DNA of 64,000 nt from Candidatus Cloacimonadales bacterium (GCA_963678315.1 OY782781.1:736001-800000), one strand, 5' to 3'. Shown: positions 52,965-63,229, numbered from the stretch's first letter. Numbers and translations are program-made. The notes: generated by a model from the sequence alone, not told the origin.

Positions 52965-53470
52965 TTTGCCCACGATTGAAATTATGGGCTAGAAAACCTA
53001 TAACATACTTCTAACTGGGATCGCCAGCCTCCGAGCTGGCTTGAGACGTTTTTCTAAACGTCTCTACAGAATGGTTATCTTTGCGTAAGCATGAAGTTCC
53101 TTCAACCTAGCGGTGGATGCTTACACTCCGAGGGAAATTGGGATTGTAGCCATCAGTCTTCGCCTGACACAGTCCCTGCTACGAAAGATTTTGGATCACC
53201 AGCTTCCGAGCTGGCTTGAGACGTTTTTCCAATCGTCTCTACATCCTTACTGGCCTCATTGAAAAATCAGCCTTTTTTCAAAGAGGCGCATGGCCACATA
53301 GGCAGTGAGGAGTGAGGAGTTAACCCTGAAGGGGTGACATATACTAAGCATGGAGGCTTGCCCTCCATGTAATAGTTCAAAGAATAAATAGCCCTGAAAG
53401 GGCGACATAAAGGATAAGGTCTTATCTACAAATAGAGAGATTTACCACGAAAAGCACGAAGAACACGAAA
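52965..53470. repeat. REP-like palindrome mosaic
   Basis: CTGGGATCGCCAGCCTCCGAGCTGGC, GAGACGTT..AACGTCTC (twice), CCCTGAAGGGG/GCCCTGAAAGGGC; modules shared with 55826-56585. Confidence 0.8.
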
Positions 53471-53601
53471 AAACAGTTCAATTAATAACAGACTACATTC
53501 TGCTATTTTTTACTAAAAAAACAAATTTTTCCTAAAGTGTGCCAAATTCTCCAAAAGTGTGCCCATAGTATATATAGATGATATAAAATTATGGAGGGGA
53601 A

Positions 53602-53964
53602 ATGAAAATAGCTTTAGACTACAAAAAAATAGCTAAAGATTTATCTAATGATGATATGGTTGTATATAATCAAAAGGGTAAGAAAGAACTATATGCTAGG
53701 AAGAATGTTAAACCAACAAGAACCCAACAAAATACTAAAATTGGCAAGCTTACAAAACACTTATCTCTCCTCTACAAAGAGTTGGATAGTCAACAAATAT
53801 TAAGTCTAGATTCTTTTCGAAAAGGTTATGAATACAGGAATAATTTTGTTGCTTTTCTTGTCTTAATGTATAAATATCACCGACTTAATAGCAATATTGA
53901 ATTGCTCGAACTAACTTCAAATGATATTGATGATATGTGGCTAGACATAATTCTGACTATCTAA
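53602..53964 (+). CDS. Hypothetical protein
   Basis: 120-aa ORF with GGAGG RBS. Confidence 0.6.
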   Translation: MKIALDYKKIAKDLSNDDMVVYNQKGKKELYARKNVKPTRTQQNTKIGKLTKHLSLLYKELDSQQILSLDSFRKGYEYRNNFVAFLVLMYKYHRLNSNIELLELTSNDIDDMWLDIILTI

Positions 53965-54009
53965 CAATATAATATCGAAGGTCACAACTTGCAAAAAGTA
54001 GAACAAATA

Positions 54010-54095
54010 TTAATAAAGTTAATAATCATATTAAGATATTTAATATAAAAATTAATATAATTAATAAAATATCTTGACAAGATTTAATATAATCA
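54010..54095 (+). promoter_or_regulatory. Promoter (TTGACA at 54074) preceded by a periodic TTAATA array
   Basis: TTAAT/GA at 54010, 54019, 54031, 54040, 54052, 54061, 54084. Confidence 0.5.
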
Positions 54096-54122
54096 TGATT
54101 TCTTGAATCAGAGGTAAGAGAT

Positions 54123-54482
54123 ATGAAAAAAAATTTAACAAAATGCCCTGTTTGTGAGGGCGACTTAGTAATTACCAAGTATGAATGTTCAAATTGTCAT
54201 ACGAAGATAGAGGGTGACTTCTATCAAACAGCATTTGCTGAACTTGATGATGAGCAGTTGGAGTTTATCAAGATATTCTTGGTTTCTCATGGATCAATTA
54301 AAGAAGTTGAAAAGCAGTTAGGGATTTCCTATCCAACAGTAAAGAATAGACTTTCTGGGATAGTTAAGGTTCTAACAGGAAAGTCATTAGAAGCTCCCAC
54401 AAGTATGAATGTGTTAAACATGCTTGAAGATGGTGAAGTTTCTGTCCAAGAAGCATTAAAGATGCTAGATAATAAAGAATAG
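54123..54482 (+). CDS. DUF2089 family protein (zinc ribbon + HTH)
   Basis: CPVC..C..C.T.IEG.F, GSIKEVEKQLGISYPTVKNRL. Confidence 0.9.
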   Translation: MKKNLTKCPVCEGDLVITKYECSNCHTKIEGDFYQTAFAELDDEQLEFIKIFLVSHGSIKEVEKQLGISYPTVKNRLSGIVKVLTGKSLEAPTSMNVLNMLEDGEVSVQEALKMLDNKE

Positions 54483-54490
54483 GAGAAATT

Positions 54491-55825
54491 ATGAACAAAA
54501 TGGAATTTACCTTTGATTACAGTGTTGATTTTGACACACTTTATGTAAAGACTGAAAAGTGTCCTCTTATGGTGGAAGGTCATGATAGTGAAAAGCTTGA
54601 GATAGTTGGTCATTTTGAAATGAAAGATGATGTTAATTATGCATTTACTGATGAAAACATCGTTTCAATTGATACAAGTGATAGACATATCAGTATTGAT
54701 TCTAGTGATATTGAAGAAGAGTTAGCTAACAGAGATATTGACTTCAAGCAATCATTGCTTTTAGTTAAATGTCCAGCAGGAAAAGAAGTTAGAATCGAAT
54801 CTGAACTTGGTAGAATCAAGGTCAAAGGACTTACTGGTAAGCTTGTTATTGATAGTGAAATAGGTGGCATTATAGTTAAGAAATCTTCAGCTTCCATGAA
54901 AATTGATAGTGAAGTTGGAAGTGTGCAAATCCTCGATACAATAGCAAAAGACGTTAAATGTAGAACAGAAGTTGGGGGAATTATTATCAAGAATATCAAA
55001 GCAGACAATCTTGATGTTAGCACCGAAGTTGGTATGATAGATATAGCAGAAGCAGAAGTATCCGAAGTAAACCTTGCTAGCGAAACAGGTAATATCGAAT
55101 ACAAACTACTTCCAACAATTAAGCATAACCATTCTAAAATAGATACTGAAATTGGTAAAGTTAAAATTGTTCTTCCTCAAGAATTAGCAATAGATTTAAC
55201 AGCTACTTCGGAAATGGGAACAGTATCTTCTTTCTTAAAAAATGTTGAAAATATCGATGTAGAAGATGGTGTTAAAGTTGTTACAACAGGCCTTGGTCAA
55301 GAAGAACCTACTTGTAGGATTGAAGTTGAAACTGAAATAGGCAATGTAACTCTTTTAAATGAAGATACTGATGTAAAAAGTGAATTTAAAAAGTCTTTCA
55401 AGGCTGATAAAATTACTAAAGAGATTGATAAGGCTATGCAAGAAGTTAATAAAGCTACTAAAATTCTGTCTTCACCTGGTTTTAGAAAAGTGATGGGATC
55501 TGCTTTTTCTAATCTTGGGGAAACTATCAAGAATGGAATTCAATCAGCCCTCCAAGAAACAGATGTCACTATTAAAGAATCTATGAAAGATATGAAAGAG
55601 AACTTCCATAAAGAATCAGAAGTAATTAGACAACAAGCTGAGGATATCAAGAAAGATAAAGAATCTATTAGGAAGATTGTTCGTAAAAAGAAATTCTTAG
55701 ATGATCCAGCACCTAGAGGAATGTCTGAGAAAGAACGAAGTCGTTTAAAGGTTCTTGAACTCCTTGAAGATGGCAAGATTAATCAAGAAGAAGCAGAACA
55801 GCTTCTAAAGGTAATTGGGAAATAG
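54491..55825 (+). CDS. DUF4097-like beta-strand repeat protein with C-terminal SHOCT/YvlB-like helix
   Basis: Repeated (S/T)E(V/I/L/M)G units; ERSRLKVLELLEDGKINQEEAEQLL. Confidence 0.75.
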   Translation: MNKMEFTFDYSVDFDTLYVKTEKCPLMVEGHDSEKLEIVGHFEMKDDVNYAFTDENIVSIDTSDRHISIDSSDIEEELANRDIDFKQSLLLVKCPAGKEVRIESELGRIKVKGLTGKLVIDSEIGGIIVKKSSASMKIDSEVGSVQILDTIAKDVKCRTEVGGIIIKNIKADNLDVSTEVGMIDIAEAEVSEVNLASETGNIEYKLLPTIKHNHSKIDTEIGKVKIVLPQELAIDLTATSEMGTVSSFLKNVENIDVEDGVKVVTTGLGQEEPTCRIEVETEIGNVTLLNEDTDVKSEFKKSFKADKITKEIDKAMQEVNKATKILSSPGFRKVMGSAFSNLGETIKNGIQSALQETDVTIKESMKDMKENFHKESEVIRQQAEDIKKDKESIRKIVRKKKFLDDPAPRGMSEKERSRLKVLELLEDGKINQEEAEQLLKVIGK

Positions 55826-56585
55826 GCTGGTCTCTAGGAGCAAGCCTGCGAAGTGGTTTTTTTTGGATTGTAAGCTCTGAATTAGTCGGAGCGCCAGCAT
55901 CTTGCTGGCTTCACTTAGAACATCGTTATAAGTGAATTAGAAAAGACGTTTGGCATAACGTCTCAAACACTTCTATGATCACCCAGGGTTAAAACCCTGG
56001 GCTCTTTGTTGATTAACCCTTACAGGGTATCAATGGATTTGGGATTGTAGCCATCAGTCTAGCCTGACACGGTCCTTGGCTACGAACAGAACTAATTTAT
56101 CTTGCGTAAGCATGAACTTTGTTCAACCTGCGGTGGATGCTTACACTCCAGTTCTAACGGGTTAATGTCCCTTTGGGACATATCTCTTTTTGAATATTGC
56201 AAGCATGCCTAGGTTTGCGAAAAGGTGTTATTGGATTGCTTTTTTGGATTGCAAGCACTTGCATTCTAATCATAATTTGAGTAGAATGCTGGTTAGAATA
56301 CCCCAAGGGGGTAAATTATCCAAAGCCCATGATTTCAATCATGGGGTCTAATAGAATTAAAAAAAGTGTAGTCCTGAAGGGACTTCTAAAACCAATATAA
56401 TAACAAATTAAGTACTTTCAGCACTAGTAACAAAATCAATACACGTTTACCTAGGTTTGAAAACCTAGGCTTTGGACAATTAATCCCTTCGGGATAACCT
56501 TAATTAAATATCACTATGGAAAGCATGAGCAAAGTTCAGCCCCAATGGGGGCAGATGCTTACACTCCAGCATCCTAGTTTGCGTA
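55826..56585. repeat. Dense palindrome mosaic (REP-like hairpins)
   Basis: CCCAGGGTTAAAACCCTGGG, CCCATGATTTCAATCATGGG, CCTAGGTTTGAAAACCTAGG, AAGCATGA..GATGCTTACACTCC (twice). Confidence 0.8.
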
Positions 56586-56668
56586 AAGAACAATTAATTT
56601 TCTAACAAGTATAAAAAAAAGCTATACAAAAAAATAAAATTGGTTATGCTAGCATTTGGGGTAAAATA

Positions 56669-59600
56669 ATGGCAAAATTATTTAGAAAAGAGTATTCGAT
56701 ACACGCAAATTCATGGTATTTTAGGGATAATGTTATAAAGACCAAAGAAGGTGATATACTTCATTGGAAGAGTCTTGATGAGAATGGTAATTATAACCTA
56801 ATATTCTTCGCTGTTAAGACATTGAAGAAGTATTTTCCAGGAGTGGTACGGATTAAGTATAGTAATGCTAAGGAAGAGGTTATATCTCATTATTGTTCAG
56901 AGGATTTCGATATCTCATGTAATCATTATTTAACAGTAATTGATTATGCTTATAAATATTTAAGCACTGATATATTTGATGAAGAAATTGTACAAGTATA
57001 TAATAGAAGTGATTTGAGGTACAATGATTTCTTTCAATCGCAATATCGAAACACATATATAACGATTGCTGATTTATTTAATGTTAATAATGATAAGGTT
57101 AGAATTTATTTTCATGGATATGAAGATTTTGACATAAAAGTAATATCAATTCTTCGTTCAGGAAAAGAACCTAAAAAAATTAGTAGTAAAGAAATCTCTA
57201 ATGCAGAAAGACAAATGTCTATTTTTAGTGAAGAGGAATTACTTTTTTTATCATTACTCAATGACTCTAAATGCTCTTTCTCTGCAAAGAACAATTTCTT
57301 TTCAATCTATAAGGATGATTTTTACAAACTTGTTCCTAATTTAAAAGTACTAAATGATAAAGTCTATATTAAAGAAACAGGTGATAAAATTGTTTGGAAG
57401 GAAGAAAAATTGCCAATTCATTTTAGGATATCAAAGGTTGAAGATAAGTATATCTTAAAAGGAATCCCTCAAAAAGAAGTTTCAGCTATTCTATATTATA
57501 ATACAATTTATGCTTTTGTGAGAAATGAAATATACTCTTTTAGATTGCCTTTCAATATAGATATTATAAAAGATATTTTCTCAGAAGGATTAGTTCTTAG
57601 TAGCAATGATCTAGTTTATTACCATGCAATTGTAGCTAAGCAGTTAGCACTTGCTGGTTATTATTTAGATATGGATGAAGAAATAGAACTCCCAAGCATA
57701 TACGATAAGCAACCTCAAATCTACTTTAAACTAACAAAAGCAGACGAAATCGTGGTGATGGATGGAAAACTTGTTTATGGAGATGGAGTATATTTACCTC
57801 TATCAATACTAAGATTACATGCAAATCTAGTATTACATGATAATGGACTAGGGGAAAAGGCTTGGTTTTATATACCTACAACAGTTTTTAATGAAGTTTT
57901 TGAGTTTTTGGACCAGTTGCCAAGTCCACAATATGCCCGTTTAGAGCAATACTCACAGCTAACTTTTGAATCTGCATTGAGCATTGATTTACTAAAAAAA
58001 GCTATATTTGAGCTTTCTAATGAGAACTGGAATATTGAATTATCAGAGAATCTAAAAAAAGATTTTATCTATAAAGTACATCTTCAAGCTGAAATAGAGA
58101 CCCAAAGTCGAGACGAGATAAACTGGTTTTCATATAATGTTGTCTATAAATACAAAGATTTCTCTTTTACCCATAAAGAGTTAAAGAAGTTTTTCCAATC
58201 AAAGCAAAAATTCTTAACTTTAGATGATGGAAGAATAGTGTTTTTTGAGAATAAAGAGGTTTTTAATCAAGTAGAAAGCCTATTTAGCCGTTCTGAAGAG
58301 ACTAAAGATAAAGTCTATAAAATGAGTGCTCAAAGTATTCCATATTTCTTTAAGATGATACAAGACAATCCAGCAATTAAGCTGTATGGCGATAAGTATG
58401 TAGATAATATGTCACAAGATTTGATTTCTGGAAAATTAAAAGATGCACCTCCAGTTCCTAGATTTTTAAATCCAGTAATGAGAAGCTATCAAAAGTCTGG
58501 TTACCAATGGATGAAGATGTTAGAGCACTATCAGTTGAGCGGGATTCTAGCAGATGAAATGGGCTTAGGTAAAACTATTCAGGCAATATCGGTTTTATCA
58601 GATGTTCCAGCAGGTCATAAATGTCTTATTATTTGTCCTAAAACCCTAATATATAATTGGGCTGAAGAATTCAAAAAATTCAAGCTAGATAAATCTTTTA
58701 TTATTTATGAGGGGAACAAACCTGAAAGAATGAATATTCTTAATAAAGTTAACTTTGAAATTTTAATAGCTTCATATTCAATAATTCAAAACGATATTAA
58801 AGAACTTGCAGATTATGAATTTGATTATGTAATTCTGGATGAAGCTCAACATATAAAAAATGTTTCTGCTTTAAGAACTAAAGCAATAAAAAAACTTAAT
58901 TCAAAACATAGAATAGCTCTTACTGGTACCCCACTAGAAAATGATATATCAGAGATATGGTCAATTTTCGACTTTCTCTTACCAAACTACTTAATGACTA
59001 GGCAAAGGTTTATTAGGACTTTTGGTGGTACTGAAAATAAGGATAGAAGATTAGAACTTAATAAAATGATATCTCCTTTTATTCTAAGAAGAAAGAAAAT
59101 TGACGTGCTGATTGAACTTCCTAATAAACAAGAACAGATTGCTTTTTGTAAGATGTCTCCAATCCAAGAAAAAGTTTATATGCAGCTGATTGATGATGTA
59201 AGAAAGTCTTACTTTAATCCTCAAGAGCAAGAAAAGATAAATTACATTAATATTCTTACAGCCTTGATGAGATTAAGACAAATATGTGACCACCCTCATT
59301 TAGTGGAAGCTGATTTGAAAGATGATATTGAGCTTTCTGGCAAAGTTGCTCTTCTACAAGAACTGATTCTTGATGCTATTGATTCTGGAAGAAAGATTCT
59401 GGTTTTTAGTCAGTTTATCGGAATGCTAAAGATTGCTTCAAAAATGCTTAAAGACCATAAAATTCCTTTTGAATATCTCGATGGTAAGACTAAAAATAGA
59501 CAGCAACATATTGATAATTTCAACAATAATACGAATATAAAAGTCTTCTTGATTAGTTTAAAAACAGGTGGTTATGGATTAAATCTTACCGCTGCTGATA

Positions 59601-59851
59601 CAGTAATATTAACTGATCCTTGGTGGAATCCAATGATTGAAAATCAAGCTATTGATAGAGCTCATAGGATAGGTCAAACTAAGAAAGTACAGGTTTATAA
59701 GCTTATCTCGAAAGGAACGGTTGAAGAGAAAATTCTTTCACTCCAAAATAGTAAGAAGGAGCTGTTTGAACAGATTATTGAAAATAACGACAATATCTTG
59801 AAATCAATGTCTGTAGACCAAATTAAAGAACTTTTCCACTATGAGAAGTAG
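56669..59851 (+). CDS. SNF2/SWI2-family helicase-like ATPase
   Basis: LADEMGLGKT, DEAQHIKN, LTGTPLEN, LRQICDHP, SLKTGGYGLNL, QAIDRAHRIGQ. Confidence 0.93.
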   Translation: MAKLFRKEYSIHANSWYFRDNVIKTKEGDILHWKSLDENGNYNLIFFAVKTLKKYFPGVVRIKYSNAKEEVISHYCSEDFDISCNHYLTVIDYAYKYLSTDIFDEEIVQVYNRSDLRYNDFFQSQYRNTYITIADLFNVNNDKVRIYFHGYEDFDIKVISILRSGKEPKKISSKEISNAERQMSIFSEEELLFLSLLNDSKCSFSAKNNFFSIYKDDFYKLVPNLKVLNDKVYIKETGDKIVWKEEKLPIHFRISKVEDKYILKGIPQKEVSAILYYNTIYAFVRNEIYSFRLPFNIDIIKDIFSEGLVLSSNDLVYYHAIVAKQLALAGYYLDMDEEIELPSIYDKQPQIYFKLTKADEIVVMDGKLVYGDGVYLPLSILRLHANLVLHDNGLGEKAWFYIPTTVFNEVFEFLDQLPSPQYARLEQYSQLTFESALSIDLLKKAIFELSNENWNIELSENLKKDFIYKVHLQAEIETQSRDEINWFSYNVVYKYKDFSFTHKELKKFFQSKQKFLTLDDGRIVFFENKEVFNQVESLFSRSEETKDKVYKMSAQSIPYFFKMIQDNPAIKLYGDKYVDNMSQDLISGKLKDAPPVPRFLNPVMRSYQKSGYQWMKMLEHYQLSGILADEMGLGKTIQAISVLSDVPAGHKCLIICPKTLIYNWAEEFKKFKLDKSFIIYEGNKPERMNILNKVNFEILIASYSIIQNDIKELADYEFDYVILDEAQHIKNVSALRTKAIKKLNSKHRIALTGTPLENDISEIWSIFDFLLPNYLMTRQRFIRTFGGTENKDRRLELNKMISPFILRRKKIDVLIELPNKQEQIAFCKMSPIQEKVYMQLIDDVRKSYFNPQEQEKINYINILTALMRLRQICDHPHLVEADLKDDIELSGKVALLQELILDAIDSGRKILVFSQFIGMLKIASKMLKDHKIPFEYLDGKTKNRQQHIDNFNNNTNIKVFLISLKTGGYGLNLTAADTVILTDPWWNPMIENQAIDRAHRIGQTKKVQVYKLISKGTVEEKILSLQNSKKELFEQIIENNDNILKSMSVDQIKELFHYEK

Positions 59852-59856
59852 GAAAA

Positions 59857-60564
59857 GGAACGCAACCCTCCGTGGTTGCATTAAACAGAGATCATTGTCT
59901 GTTATACTAAACAAATAGCATAGAGAGTCTAATGGATAAAATACTTGGGTGGCACTATCGTGGATTTCTTCCACATTGTGATGACGACACAAAAATACAG
60001 TTTGTAACTTTCAGGTTATATGATTCAGTCCCATTAGACGTAATAGAGATGTGGAAGACAGAATTAGAAATAACAGAAGAATCAGAAAAATCTTCAGCAG
60101 AGTTTCTCAAGTTACAAGCAAAAATATTTCAATATGAAGATGCAGGTCATGGAGAATGCTTATTAGTTCAAAAGCAAGTTTACGATATTGTTGAATCAAC
60201 TCTTTTATTTTATAACAACTCTAAGTACCAGATTTTAGAATATGCAATTATGCCCAATCATGTACATGTTTTAATTAAAATTAATGCAGGTTATAGTTTA
60301 TCCAAGATTATGCATAGTTGGAAGTCATATACAACTAATAGGATACAAAAATTGTTAAATAGGAAAGGCAAGATTTGGATGTACGATTATTTTGATAGGT
60401 ATATACGTAATGATGAGCATTTAGAGAAGGTAATTAAGTATATTCAAGAGAATCTTAGTTATATAAAGAAAGAGAGTCCTAAATAAATTAAGACTCTCTA
60501 AAAATCTAGCAACCACGGAGGGTTGCGTTCCCTATCTAGCAACCACGGAGGGTTGCGTTCCCTA
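59857..60564. mobile_element. RAYT element: tyrosine transposase flanked by inverted REP palindromes
   Basis: GGAACGCAACCCTCCGTGGTTGC at 59857-59879; two inverted tandem copies at 60505-60564. Confidence 0.8.
59932..60486 (+). CDS. REP-associated tyrosine transposase (Y1 HUH, IS200-like)
   Basis: GWHYRGFLPH, FVTFRL, MPNHVH (HUH), WKSYT, YFDRYIR, YIQEN. Confidence 0.88.
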   Translation: MDKILGWHYRGFLPHCDDDTKIQFVTFRLYDSVPLDVIEMWKTELEITEESEKSSAEFLKLQAKIFQYEDAGHGECLLVQKQVYDIVESTLLFYNNSKYQILEYAIMPNHVHVLIKINAGYSLSKIMHSWKSYTTNRIQKLLNRKGKIWMYDYFDRYIRNDEHLEKVIKYIQENLSYIKKESPK

Positions 60565-61821
60565 TTTAATTTCTCCGGCTTTTTTAAGGGCAATTTTTGT
60601 TAGAATTGGTCCAATTAATTCAAAGAAAATGCAGGTTGCTGTAACAGTTGTTATAATTACAGAGCCGATATAATCTCCATTCTTTACTAGTTCACCATTA
60701 ACTAAGATTTCTTTGCCTAAGCCGGTAAATCTAGATTTAACAATTAAGGCTAGACCTATAGCAACACCAGCCTGAGATAGAATACCCATTCCTAAGTATT
60801 TTCTGATTTTAGGTTCAGCTTTTCCAAGGGTACCTCCAATAAAAGCTCCTGACATAAGTCCAACAGTTCTTCCTAAAATATAAACCACACCTATAATTCC
60901 AAGAGCTGGAAGTGAAGAAACATGTAGGTTTGCACCCGCTAGGGTGAAGAAGAGGATGAATAGAAGAGGCATAATAAGAGGAAGAGGTTCTTGTAGTTTT
61001 CTAATAAAGGATTGGCTTTGGGTATTGATTAAGACCATTCCAAAAACCATGTTAGTTAGAATTAATGACAGATTTAACCAAGAGCATAGTCCTAGTGATA
61101 CAAAGATAAAACCAAAAGCCAGGATTGTAATATCTGAAACATTATTAATCTTCTTACTCATAGCAGAGAAGAATAGACTAAGTGCAGATCCAAGAACAAT
61201 ACTAAGAACTATTTCTTGAAGTGGTTCTAATAAAAGGGTTAAAGTGCTCACTTCAGCTCCCCCTGACTGAGTAACCAATATTGAATTGGCAATGGCTGCA
61301 GCAAAACCAAAAATAATGATTCCTAGACCATCATCAAAGCCAACAACAGCATATAATGCTTTAGTTAGGTTTCCTTTAGCCTTATATTCTTGGATAATAG
61401 CTACTGTACCTGCTGGGGCAGATGCTGGAGCTATTGAAGCAAAGATAAGAGCTAAAGGTATATTTTTAGTTAATAAGTAGATTCCAGTGAATACAATTAT
61501 GAAAGCCCCGAAAGATTCACAGAATATAATATAGATAATACTTCGACCAAAATGTTTTAAAGTAGAGATTTTCAATTCAAGTCCAATACTAAGTGCAACA
61601 AAGCCCAGAGCAATCTCAGTTATAAAAGATAATTCATTTTGAATAGCTTCTGAATGGATGTTTAGAAATGATGGTCCTAAAATAACTCCTAGAGTCATGA
61701 ATCCAATGATGGAAGGTAATTTTAAATATTTAATATACCTTCCGAATATAAATCCGATGATAATAGTAAAACCTAACAATAATAAGATAGGTGTGTTTTG
61801 AATAAAGTTTGAAATATCCAT
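60562..61821 (-). CDS. Cation:proton antiporter (CPA2/Kef-like)
   Basis: About 12 TMs; G.ILGPS, IGLEL, APA.T, FDD, FFTLAGA.L, QAGVAIGLA. Confidence 0.88.
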   Translation of the reverse strand: MDISNFIQNTPILLLLGFTIIIGFIFGRYIKYLKLPSIIGFMTLGVILGPSFLNIHSEAIQNELSFITEIALGFVALSIGLELKISTLKHFGRSIIYIIFCESFGAFIIVFTGIYLLTKNIPLALIFASIAPASAPAGTVAIIQEYKAKGNLTKALYAVVGFDDGLGIIIFGFAAAIANSILVTQSGGAEVSTLTLLLEPLQEIVLSIVLGSALSLFFSAMSKKINNVSDITILAFGFIFVSLGLCSWLNLSLILTNMVFGMVLINTQSQSFIRKLQEPLPLIMPLLFILFFTLAGANLHVSSLPALGIIGVVYILGRTVGLMSGAFIGGTLGKAEPKIRKYLGMGILSQAGVAIGLALIVKSRFTGLGKEILVNGELVKNGDYIGSVIITTVTATCIFFELIGPILTKIALKKAGEIK

Positions 61822-61830
61822 GCTTACCTC

Positions 61831-62643
61831 TTAAACGTCTAGAGAACCAGAATGGTACATCAACTCCTGAACTGTTAAGAGAATTCCCGTCTTGTCATCA
61901 AGACTATTTATAATCTCATTAAACAATGAGACGGCTTCATTGTAAGATGATTTTTTTACTATACCAGTGATTATTCTACAGAATGTGTTCTTGTTACTTG
62001 TCCAAAAACTTGAGAAAAGAGGTAGAGCGTAGAGGTATTCACTAGCGTTTTTAGCTTCTATAACAGTAGCAGTACAATCTTCTATTTCAGCAAAAACATC
62101 AAGAACATCATTAAACTTATCTTCATCTTGAACAACTAAGGTGAAAAGAAGAGAGTCTTTGTTTGGAGAATAGTTATTTTGAATGTTTGTGTGGCGAATA
62201 AAACTATCTTTTAAATCAGTAGCACTTTTAGCACTGAGTATTTTATTTAAAGTTTCAGGTTGCCTAAGGAATTTGGTAATGTTACTTAATATAAGTAAAT
62301 GTTCTTTCTGTTTATCCTCTGGGGCTACAATGAAAACGAAAACTTTTGCTGGTTGACCATCAAAAGAATCAAAATCAACACCATTAGGTACAGTAACAAT
62401 TCCTACGATAAAATCTGTTACTCCTTTTAATCTACAGTGGGGAACAGCAAAGTTCTTGCCAAAACCAGTCGAACCTAATTCTTCTCTAGCAAGCAAGGCT
62501 TGGTAAACTTTCTTCTCTTTTAGAGATTTTGAGTTAATATTCTCCATTGCTAAAGAAGCTATTAACTTCAATATCTCATCTTTGGAAGAAACTTGGGCGT
62601 CTAATTGAATAGAATTCTGAGAAATAATGTCTGATAATTTCAT
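61831..62643 (-). CDS. PTS EIIA (PtsN/fructose-type) domain fused to a C-terminal PII-like domain
   Basis: REELGSTG.G...AVPH, GVDFDSFDGQP; ~110-aa C-terminal alpha/beta domain. Confidence 0.8.
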   Translation of the reverse strand: MKLSDIISQNSIQLDAQVSSKDEILKLIASLAMENINSKSLKEKKVYQALLAREELGSTGFGKNFAVPHCRLKGVTDFIVGIVTVPNGVDFDSFDGQPAKVFVFIVAPEDKQKEHLLILSNITKFLRQPETLNKILSAKSATDLKDSFIRHTNIQNNYSPNKDSLLFTLVVQDEDKFNDVLDVFAEIEDCTATVIEAKNASEYLYALPLFSSFWTSNKNTFCRIITGIVKKSSYNEAVSLFNEIINSLDDKTGILLTVQELMYHSGSLDV

Positions 62644-63062
62644 ATAAACCTCGAATATTTATTATTGTTTTTATAAAAGTAATATTATTTTGAGGATAAA
62701 AATTGTAAAGAAATAGCTTGAAAAATAAAAAAAAGAATAAATATTTAGAAAAAATCAAAAAAAAATTAATCTATAATTTACTTATTCTTTATTTATTATA
62801 TATCAATAATTTATATCTCTAAAAAGCATTTTTATTAAAGAGCTTAGAAAGCCTGTAGTAATAAGTCTTTTTAGCCAATCTATGAGTGAAATAAATATAA
62901 TGCAACTTATTGTTAAATAAGAAATTTATTAAAAAATATTTGACAGCTGAACAGTTAAAATAATCCTTGTTTAAGAATTTGGTACGATATTTGAAAAATG
63001 CAAAAGTGTGAAAAAAAGTCTTGACACAAAAAGTGGCTTTGATTTTATAGCAATACATTCAC

Positions 63063-63137
63063 GCCAACGTGGCTCAATGGTAGAGCAGCTGATTTGTAAT
63101 CAGCAGGTTGGGGGTTCGATTCCCTTCGTTGGCTCCA
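63063..63137 (+). tRNA. tRNA-Thr(TGT)
   Basis: Cloverleaf GCCAACG...CGTTGGCTCCA; anticodon loop TTTGTAA. Confidence 0.96.
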
Positions 63138-63144
63138 TTTTAGT

Positions 63145-63229
63145 GGAGAGGTTCCCGAGTGGTCAAAGGGAACAGACTGTAAATCTGTCGGCGAAGCCTT
63201 CGGAGGTTCAAATCCTCCTCTCTCCACCA
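63145..63229 (+). tRNA. tRNA-Tyr(GTA)
   Basis: GGAGAGG...CCTCTCTCCACCA; loop CTGTAAA; long variable arm. Confidence 0.96.

Noticed and set aside
56669..59851. SNF2 helicase as part of an anti-phage system
   Set aside because: Stand-alone gene with no adjacent methylase, nuclease or other defence partner
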